NCBI GenBank assembly: GCA_964648855.1
Contig: CAZYLT010000026.1
Coordinates: 1-23,532, forward strand
Length of the DNA: 23,532 nt
DNA from: an uncultured archaeon
GTDB lineage: Archaea > Asgardarchaeota > Thorarchaeia > Thorarchaeales > Thorarchaeaceae
Reading direction: 5' to 3'
Below, one piece after another: positions 16,780 through 23,532 of the stretch. Below the pieces are notes generated by a model, which saw only the letters and a program-made list of their open reading frames with translations, was not told where the DNA came from and made no database searches. Numbering within the stretch: position 1 is the stretch's first letter; each line of letters starts with the position of its first letter. The position numbers were made by a program, and so were the translations under genes.

Positions 16780-17763
16780 TCAGGTAGTCGACATTTCCAG
16801 TAAGATGCTATTCAACATGACCTTGGTTGGACTGCTACCAATATCTGTAAACAAATGAGAAAATGGCCTATCCATTTTGAATCCTTCTACATCCCGCTTG
16901 ATAATGATTTCTCCATCTTCTCTTTTTGATATTAGTTTCCAATCCTTAGCTTTCCTAACCAGACCCTCGGCCTTACTCATCATTACGTCAAATTCGTGAG
17001 GAGTTTTGATGACTATTGCTTCGCCAAGCGGATATTGGATACTGAGTTTCAGAAGCAAACTTGTTCCGCTATTCAGTTGAGTTTCCGCTATGAAATTTCG
17101 GAGCACCTTCTTCTTGCGTTTTTCTTTCCACCGGATCGAGTATTTGGTCGAATCTGGGGATTTTGCGTCAAGAAATTCCAAATGTACAATAACAAAATAT
17201 TCAATCTGATGGATTTCGTCAGGAGAAACGGCAGTTTCCGCAGAAGTGTATCCAGTATAGTATGCGGCAAATGCAATTCCCAAGAGAACAAATGCTCCGA
17301 GCGAACATACAAGAGTAATTCCAAGGATTAACAACAAGAGAGTGCTTCCCAGAGACCAAACTGCTACGGTAAACCACGCGATGTCAGTTACATCATCCTT
17401 AGCAGACCCCGATGACTTCTCAGCTACTATTGCCAATCTCTCGAAGATATTGCGAATATCTCCAATGCTCACATTCTCTCTTTGGACTTGCCAATCATCG
17501 CCAAGGCTCGACGGATCAAGTAATCGTACACTTTCCTTGGCACTTATGCCAAAGGAATATAGGGTCCTGGAAAGAAGAGCTCCTAACACGAGTTGGAAGC
17601 CCAGCGTGAGAGAACCTTGCAGTAAGGGATTCTCCAACCTGCACGTGAATGTCAAGACGGGGGTTGCTATGACTATGAGAACGATGGATACTAGGATCAG
17701 AAGAAAATGGTGTCTGACTGCATCAGACTTGTTCAAAAACAGCAAATCTTTGTTTTTCTTCAC
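16780..17763 (-). CDS. Hypothetical membrane protein (about 4 TM helices plus a soluble C-terminal domain)
   Basis: Likely GTG start at 17763 after a GGGGG RBS; two hydrophobic hairpins. Confidence 0.7.
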   Translation of the reverse strand: MKKNKDLLFLNKSDAVRHHFLLILVSIVLIVIATPVLTFTCRLENPLLQGSLTLGFQLVLGALLSRTLYSFGISAKESVRLLDPSSLGDDWQVQRENVSIGDIRNIFERLAIVAEKSSGSAKDDVTDIAWFTVAVWSLGSTLLLLILGITLVCSLGAFVLLGIAFAAYYTGYTSAETAVSPDEIHQIEYFVIVHLEFLDAKSPDSTKYSIRWKEKRKKKVLRNFIAETQLNSGTSLLLKLSIQYPLGEAIVIKTPHEFDVMMSKAEGLVRKAKDWKLISKREDGEIIIKRDVEGFKMDRPFSHLFTDIGSSPTKVMLNSILLEMSTT

Positions 17764-17901
17764 GATGAAGTTCCCCCTTTTGGCATGAAAGGCAATACAA
17801 TCCCTTTTGATAAATGTTGTTTGAGAAGGAACCAAATGAAAGGCGTGAATCGATAGCAGCAAATCTAGCTATTACGTGGAGTAATCGTATTGATTGTCTA
17901 G

Positions 17902-18309
17902 TTACCTGATGAAAAAGATATCACCTTGGCTTTCATAAGTGACTACGCTTATTTGCATATCAGTTTCTAATACATATGTGGCATCAACCACCCTGACTAC
18001 TGCCATCCTTTCTCTTGCGTGAGCAAGTGCGGCGAAATCACTTATTGGTTTTCCAAATTCTGTTATCACTACCATGACTTGTTGTAGAAGCTGATCTATA
18101 AATCCTGGGTGCTCTGAAAAATGATCTTGCAGGTCTCCATGCAATGCAACAATATCGTAATCATCCCAGCTCCGATTCAAATCCTCTTTGCTTCTTACAA
18201 CAAATACAGGTCCCGAAAACTCACCATCGACTCCAACTGATTCTCCAGTCAGTATTGGAAATAACCGTAAATCATCATCATTAGGGTCAGACATTTTTCC
18301 ATCACTCAC
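17902..18309 (-). CDS. Stand-alone PEP-utilising-enzyme mobile (swivel) domain homolog
   Basis: G...SG.V.VV, VITEFGKPISDFAALA, AVVRVVDAT.VL....ISV....G.I align with the consensus vte.Gg..sHaAi.are.gip.vvg...at..l..g..i.vdg..G.v. Confidence 0.7.
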   Translation of the reverse strand: MSDGKMSDPNDDDLRLFPILTGESVGVDGEFSGPVFVVRSKEDLNRSWDDYDIVALHGDLQDHFSEHPGFIDQLLQQVMVVITEFGKPISDFAALAHARERMAVVRVVDATYVLETDMQISVVTYESQGDIFFIR

Positions 18310-18451
18310 TGATTCTTGTTCTATAGCTCTCCCTTAGCAAATCTGATATCGCTAGCCTTTAATGTTTGCTGCGTAGATACTCCTCAAGAATCGACAAAGC
18401 TAATTTAGTGCTTGTATAGGTGTCTAATGTATATTATGGGTATTGGTGAAT

Positions 18452-18973
18452 ATGGCAGTGTATGAATTTGAGGGGAGAAAACCCCAAATTGGTGAGAATT
18501 CCTTTGTAAGCCCTTCTGCTTCAGTAATTGGAAAAGTAGTTATTGGAGAGGAATGCTATATTGCTCCTGGAGCTGTTGTCAAGGGCGATTATGGCGAGAT
18601 TGAAATCGGGGATGGTACTAGTGTTCAAGACAACGTAGTAGTACATGCTCGTCCTAAGGAAAAAACAACTGTTGGAAGTAATGTGACTTTGGGGCACGGA
18701 TGTATTATTCACAATGCCACCATTGAGGATGATGCTGTTATTGGAATGGGTGCCATAGTTTCTGATTATGCAGTTGTGGGAAGTTGGGCAATTGTGGGCG
18801 AGGGTGCAGTGGTAAAAGCTCGGGCTCAAATACCGCCTGGCAAAATAGCTGTAGGAGTTCCAGCTAAAATCATCGCAGATGTCGAGGAGCACCATCGTAA
18901 AGAGCTATCTGAGTTCAAATCCATATATAGAAGCTTAGCAAGGCGGTATCCATCTGGTCTCAAGAAGATCTAA
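18452..18973 (+). CDS. Gamma carbonic anhydrase family protein (YrdA/PaaY-like)
   Basis: Hexapeptide repeats, SVQDNVVVH, GHGCIIH (three His ligands), GVPAK. Confidence 0.93.
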   Translation: MAVYEFEGRKPQIGENSFVSPSASVIGKVVIGEECYIAPGAVVKGDYGEIEIGDGTSVQDNVVVHARPKEKTTVGSNVTLGHGCIIHNATIEDDAVIGMGAIVSDYAVVGSWAIVGEGAVVKARAQIPPGKIAVGVPAKIIADVEEHHRKELSEFKSIYRSLARRYPSGLKKI

Positions 18974-18999
18974 AGCAAGACATTTTGGGTTGGCTTGAT

Positions 19000-19752
19000 T
19001 TAGACTGTTGATATTAGCTTATCTCGATTGAATCGACCGAGAGCTATTGCCCATGAAACCGAAAACAGAATGACTGCAATCATGAGTGTGAGTAGATTTA
19101 TCATCCATATAACTGATGGGTCAGGAACTCCCTGCTCGATTCCGATGAGAGGAAATATCATTGGAATCATAAAGACGAGAACGACTGCTCCAGATGATTG
19201 ATAGGCCTCATAGACACGTGATACTCTTCCACTGATTATAATCATCACAGCAACAACTGCGAATATCATAACAGGCGCCGCTGTGAAGACTAGGAAGAGA
19301 CCTGGCAAGTCTGGCAGAAGGACGAGAGGTGCTCCCATCAAAAGCAACGCCACGTTGCTCGCAATCATAGATACCAGTGTGCCTCCGAAAAGAATTGCTA
19401 AACACGGTATTGCAGAACTGAGGGTCTTGCCCATGAGGAGCTCCCTATCTGTTAGCGGAGTGCAGAGCAGCGGCTCAAGAGTATTTTGCTCTTTCTCACC
19501 TACTAATGAATTTGCCGAAATCATAGTCGCTGGTATTATCCCAAAGATGCTGAGTAGAGAAGCAGTATAAGGGGCTAGGTATCCCATTAATTCCGGAATC
19601 TCACCGGGAGGCACTAGGAGGGCAGTCCCAACGGTGGAAAGAATTACCATAATTGGTCCAAATGCTCCCGCCATTATCAGACCGTATTTTACCATGTTTA
19701 CTTCAAGAGCCATTTTGAGGTCCGTCTTGGCAACCAATAATGCTTTGCTCAT
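19000..19752 (-). CDS. ABC-2 type transporter permease
   Basis: SLVGEKEQNTLEPLLCTPLTDRELLMGK signature; 6 TM helices; TAATG coupling to the ATPase gene. Confidence 0.92.
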   Translation of the reverse strand: MSKALLVAKTDLKMALEVNMVKYGLIMAGAFGPIMVILSTVGTALLVPPGEIPELMGYLAPYTASLLSIFGIIPATMISANSLVGEKEQNTLEPLLCTPLTDRELLMGKTLSSAIPCLAILFGGTLVSMIASNVALLLMGAPLVLLPDLPGLFLVFTAAPVMIFAVVAVMIIISGRVSRVYEAYQSSGAVVLVFMIPMIFPLIGIEQGVPDPSVIWMINLLTLMIAVILFSVSWAIALGRFNRDKLISTV

Positions 19753-20708
19753 TACCAAGAGATATTTCCCTCCTTAACAACCTGCAAGTAAATATCCTCA
19801 AGGGATGTTTCTTCTTCCGCCATCTCCACAATTTCAACACCATGATCGAGAAGAACGCGAAGCAAAGCCGGATTATTCGACCTGGCATTTTCAACCTCGA
19901 CAACTAAAGAGTCGATGTCTTTCTCCACAGAGTTGACATAAGGCTGCTTCTTAGCGATTTCCTTGGCTCTTTCTATTCCGTCGGCAATGATTATCCTAAA
20001 TACTCGTCGGGTTCGCAGTTTGTTTCTCAGTTCTCGAATCTCTCCAGAAATGAGGATTTGTCCCTTATCGATTATGGCGACCCTATCACAGATTCTTTCT
20101 ACTTCTGCCAAATTATGGGAATTGATGAAGAAAGTCTGGCCATACTTCCTCGAGAGGTTGAGAATGAGTTGTCGCACACGCTTAGCTGCAATTGGATCCA
20201 AAGATGATGTAGGTTCGTCAAGTAACAGAACAGTTGGTTGATGAAGCATGGCCCTACACAAAGCGACTCTTTGGCGATTCCCCGAACTAAGCTTACCTGC
20301 CGCGTCGTCTTTGCGGTCCCATAGTTCCATGAATTCTAGAAGCTCTTTCACACGGTTTGGGATTTCTTCTTCATTCAAACCGTACAATCTAGCAAAATAC
20401 ACCAAGTTGTCATAAGCAGACATGTTTTCGTATAGGGTGTGATTTCCTTCTTCCGGAAGCACCCCTGTTGTGAGTCGCACTTGAACAGGATTCTTCAGAA
20501 CGTCCTTTCCGGAAACCAATGCAGTCCCTTTGTCAGGTCTTAGAAGCGTACAGAGCAGTCGTATGGTTGTGCTTTTTCCTGCACCATTGGGGCCCAGTAA
20601 ACCAAATATGGACCCTTTTGGAACACTCAAGGACATATCATCAACTGCGGTTATTTCGCCAAAAGCTTTGGTTAGCCCCTGAATTTCAACTTCAATGTGT
20701 GATTCCAT
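19752..20708 (-). CDS. ABC transporter ATP-binding protein
   Basis: GPNGAGKST, LSSGNRQR, LLLDEPT, NSH; likely start MESHIE at 20708. Confidence 0.95.
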   Translation of the reverse strand: MESHIEVEIQGLTKAFGEITAVDDMSLSVPKGSIFGLLGPNGAGKSTTIRLLCTLLRPDKGTALVSGKDVLKNPVQVRLTTGVLPEEGNHTLYENMSAYDNLVYFARLYGLNEEEIPNRVKELLEFMELWDRKDDAAGKLSSGNRQRVALCRAMLHQPTVLLLDEPTSSLDPIAAKRVRQLILNLSRKYGQTFFINSHNLAEVERICDRVAIIDKGQILISGEIRELRNKLRTRRVFRIIIADGIERAKEIAKKQPYVNSVEKDIDSLVVEVENARSNNPALLRVLLDHGVEIVEMAEEETSLEDIYLQVVKEGNISW

Positions 20709-20829
20709 GATTACTGTCACCGGCGTTATTTGATTGCGCATTGTGAATCAAGATTCGGTTATCAATCTATTGACCGAAATAGCATCGTTTCTGGTTTCCA
20801 GAGAGTATTGAATTACCTCTATCAGCTAC

Positions 20830-21081
20830 TCAGATTGATATCATCTTCTCAACTACTGCTGTGGTTGTATCCGCAATGCCAGGGATTTTGTGAATATGAT
20901 TGACAGTGAGATCATATAATGCCTCTAAGCTAGGAACCTCTACTAGCACCACTATGTCGTATTCACCTGTTGTTACGGCAACTCTGATAGCAGCATCTAT
21001 CTTTCGAAGTTCGGTCACTACTGTATCTGTTTTCCCGATTTCAACTGCCATCAGGATGTATGCCTTTACTCCATTAGCCAA
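20830..21081 (-). CDS. Stand-alone Lrp/AsnC ligand-binding (RAM) domain protein
   Basis: AYILM.VE.GK...V...L, TTGEYDIVV, I.KIPGI..T.T; no HTH; TTG start with GAGGAG RBS. Confidence 0.9.
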   Translation of the reverse strand: MANGVKAYILMAVEIGKTDTVVTELRKIDAAIRVAVTTGEYDIVVLVEVPSLEALYDLTVNHIHKIPGIADTTTAVVEKMISI

Positions 21082-21107
21082 ACTCTATTCTCCTCTGTTT
21101 TCTATTT

Positions 21108-22367
21108 TCATCTATAATCTCTCAAAATAACCAAGGTTTGTATATGCTTGACCCCAGAAATTTTCTGAATCTTGTTTAGTATGTTTGTTCTAGCTTTACT
21201 AAGACTTCTGCTCTTGATGCTCAGAACGTAATCATGTTTTCCAGCGACTGCAGAAGCACTCTCAACTCCCTTTATTCCGAAGAGGTCTGGTAGGATATCC
21301 CCCACTTGTGGCTTCACATTGACAATGACTATGGACCTAACATCAGACGCCTCCAACGCAATGACTCCCATCATTACGAGAGTAACCCCGAATATCTTGA
21401 GAATCCATAACATGCCATCGGATGTGATGATCCCAAATGCACCTGGTAGCATGAAGCTTCCAATTAGCGTCATAGGAATACCCAGTACAACCGAGATTGA
21501 AGACAACGAATTTACAACTGCCATCGTGCCCCTACCCAAAGCTCGAATGTACATGATTAGAGAGAAGAAGGTTGTAATTGAAGACCCCACCATCAGCCAG
21601 AAGCCGGCATCAAACGAATACATCATTTGAATGAGCGCATCATCAGGCATGAATGGAATACTCATCACTGTCATCACTATGTTCAGAAAAAGGAGACTCC
21701 AGATTCGCATATTCAGCGAATCTACCCTCAAGCCTTCCGAAAGCTCATATCTCTTGGTCTTCCGCTGAAAGTAAGTTGTAATTGCGGATGAGACATTCAT
21801 TGGCAACAAGACAATCAGAAGGGTCAAAGTATTAAATCCACCTGGCTCAATTCCCACCAGCATCACCCCTAGCATGATGGAAATGATACACTGAATTTCA
21901 ATAATGGTGGGTGTGTCTTTTTCTGCAACCAAGTCTCCGACAAGCAGGTATATGATGACCAATTGACCATAAGGAAGCACTACTGAAGCGTCGTTTGAGC
22001 CTGCTAGAATGTAATAGAAGAATGTTGAAATTCCAGCAAATGATCCGGCGATGAATAGATACAACATTGGTCTTAGTGGAAGCAAGCTTATTCTACCAAA
22101 GTCGGGGTCAAATTCATACCCTACTGCTCTCCTTTTTCCCTCGCGACTAATCCTAATACTAAGGATAACAATTAGGGTTCCTGTTATTGCGAAACTAACC
22201 CACTGTGACACCAATCCGTAGAGGATTGGGCTAATAGCAAATGTGTTGAGTGCCACAATATCAAAACCGACTGAGAGGGTACGCATCACCCCTGCGCCAA
22301 TCGCTAATATATAGAATAAGGAGATTGTGGAACGACCACTAACAGGCCTCTCACTGGAACTACTCAT
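21108..22367 (-). CDS. EamA/DMT transporter fused to a C-terminal Lrp/AsnC (RAM) domain
   Basis: 10 TM helices in two repeats (ASVVLPYGQL...EK; YIRAL..G..AVV..LSSISVV); C-terminal IKGVESASAVAGKHDYVL...IQKISGV..IQTL. Confidence 0.87.
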   Translation of the reverse strand: MSSSSERPVSGRSTISLFYILAIGAGVMRTLSVGFDIVALNTFAISPILYGLVSQWVSFAITGTLIVILSIRISREGKRRAVGYEFDPDFGRISLLPLRPMLYLFIAGSFAGISTFFYYILAGSNDASVVLPYGQLVIIYLLVGDLVAEKDTPTIIEIQCIISIMLGVMLVGIEPGGFNTLTLLIVLLPMNVSSAITTYFQRKTKRYELSEGLRVDSLNMRIWSLLFLNIVMTVMSIPFMPDDALIQMMYSFDAGFWLMVGSSITTFFSLIMYIRALGRGTMAVVNSLSSISVVLGIPMTLIGSFMLPGAFGIITSDGMLWILKIFGVTLVMMGVIALEASDVRSIVIVNVKPQVGDILPDLFGIKGVESASAVAGKHDYVLSIKSRSLSKARTNILNKIQKISGVKHIQTLVILRDYR

Positions 22368-22392
22368 ATCTCTCCCTCACCGCCGCAATCTA

Positions 22393-22414
22393 AATCCCCT
22401 ATAGTCGGGGGATT
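22393..22414. promoter_or_regulatory. Intergenic hairpin between the coiled-coil and EamA-RAM genes
   Basis: AATCCCC-(8)-GGGGATT inverted repeat. Confidence 0.35.
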
Positions 22415-22443
22415 CTTAGCTGCTCTCTAGACTGTATGATTGA

Positions 22444-23394
22444 TTAATCTGAGGACTCTTCTTCAGCTTCCTCATCTTCGTCCTTGTTCAATTCATCAGA
22501 TAGTCCACGACGGGCCAAGATGAATTCATCAAAGGTGAGCCGTTTGCCCGCTTTGAGCTTATCTACCGCCTCATCTTCCTTCTCACGACGGGTTTCTCTT
22601 TGCTTCTTCCGTCGCTCATGTTGACGGGCTTCTCTAGAGTCAGTGGATTGCTTCCTGATCTTTGACTGAATCTCATCAATTTGCTGACGGACTTCCTTCA
22701 GCTGTTCTTCTCCAGCTTTGACCTTTTTGAGCCACTCGACGAAATTCTGATGTGCTGTATCTGCAGCCTTTTTGTATTCCTCAAGTTGAGGCCTGATTCT
22801 AACAACTTCTCGATGATGTACCTGAGACTTCTCTGAGAGGTCGAGAACTTTTTGATGTGCATCAGAAGCCTCGTCCTTGAGTTTTCGCGCAAGCCGTCTC
22901 AATTCGTGGATTCGATCTTGTTTCTCTTTTTCTTGTCCAATCTTGACGAGTTTCTTCTCAATCTCAACTACTTCTTCCACAAGAGATCGTTCTTCCTCAA
23001 TAGTAAGCTGTTCAGTCTGTTGCTTCCACTCCAGCTCTTCTACTCGACGCATCATCTTGCGTTGGTCGTTTGATGGGCTTCCCACCAAATTGCTGCGTTG
23101 CTCTCGAATTTCATCATACAAGCTCTTCAGCTGATCATGAAGAGCTGTTCTCTTATCTTTCCACTCTTGAATCTCGTCGTTGATTCTATCTCGTTCCTGC
23201 CTCTCAGCCTTGACTGATTCAATTAGATTCTTGACCTCTTTGTTGTAATCGTCCCTGATGCGTTTGTATTCACGCATCTTATCTCGATTGTTTCTTAATT
23301 CAGTCAAGTAGTCTCTTGCTTCAGTCTTTAATTCCCTGAGTTTAGCCCGAAGGAACTCAATATCTTCTGACGTTGTCTCGGCCGCTTCTGTCAA
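22444..23394 (-). CDS. Archaeal coiled-coil protein (COG1340-like)
   Basis: Continuous heptads, RD.YN..VK, LEWKQQT..LT.EEE..LVE, HQ..., terminal KLKAGKRLTFDEF; TTG start with GAGGT RBS. Confidence 0.88.
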   Translation of the reverse strand: MTEAAETTSEDIEFLRAKLRELKTEARDYLTELRNNRDKMREYKRIRDDYNKEVKNLIESVKAERQERDRINDEIQEWKDKRTALHDQLKSLYDEIREQRSNLVGSPSNDQRKMMRRVEELEWKQQTEQLTIEEERSLVEEVVEIEKKLVKIGQEKEKQDRIHELRRLARKLKDEASDAHQKVLDLSEKSQVHHREVVRIRPQLEEYKKAADTAHQNFVEWLKKVKAGEEQLKEVRQQIDEIQSKIRKQSTDSREARQHERRKKQRETRREKEDEAVDKLKAGKRLTFDEFILARRGLSDELNKDEDEEAEEESSD

Positions 23395-23532
23395 AATCTG
23401 AAACCTCAGAATTTCGTTTTACTAAGCCCTGCTTTGCAGGACGGATTTCCCTTGAATCGCCCCGATTGCTTTATGGGCGATATACTCAAACACAACCCCC
23501 TCTAGCTGTCTTTTAAAGTTATTCATGAAGCT

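Noticed and set aside
22444-23394. Coiled-coil protein as ESCRT-III or SMC
   Set aside because: No ATPase motifs; the motifs fit the COG1340-type family.
1-23532. Global reassignment of TGA or TAG
   Set aside because: Both terminate well-conserved genes at the expected C-termini (TGA: rubrerythrin, FAD oxidoreductase, RAM; TAG: Ino1, Fe-S protein).

Overview
Archaeal window; gene content and GGTGA/GGAGG RBS plus TATA/BRE promoters suggest an Asgard archaeon, probably Thorarchaeota-like (inference). Intact genes: aRF1, an AbrB-ACT regulator, DedA, CpXC, a divergent Ino1, SSB, an SCP2 / FAD-oxidoreductase / 32-aa microprotein / CCG Fe-S operon, rubrerythrin, an NADH:rubredoxin-type oxidoreductase, gamma-carbonic anhydrase, an ABC-2 exporter, an EamA-Lrp/AsnC(RAM) fusion with a stand-alone RAM gene, and a COG1340-type coiled-coil protein. 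The strongest candidate novel systems are (i) a CRISPR-independent Cas4-like nuclease split into two membrane-anchored polypeptides that would share one Fe-S cluster and (ii) the EamA-RAM plus soluble RAM pair. Also notable: a phosphohistidine swivel domain with His->Asp, a Vps62/NPP1-like protein, a HAD gene with two in-frame TGA codons, and several tail-only pseudogene remnants joined back-to-back (deletion scars). I saw no rRNA, tRNA, CRISPR array or transposase. All family calls come from motif recognition by eye, not database searches.
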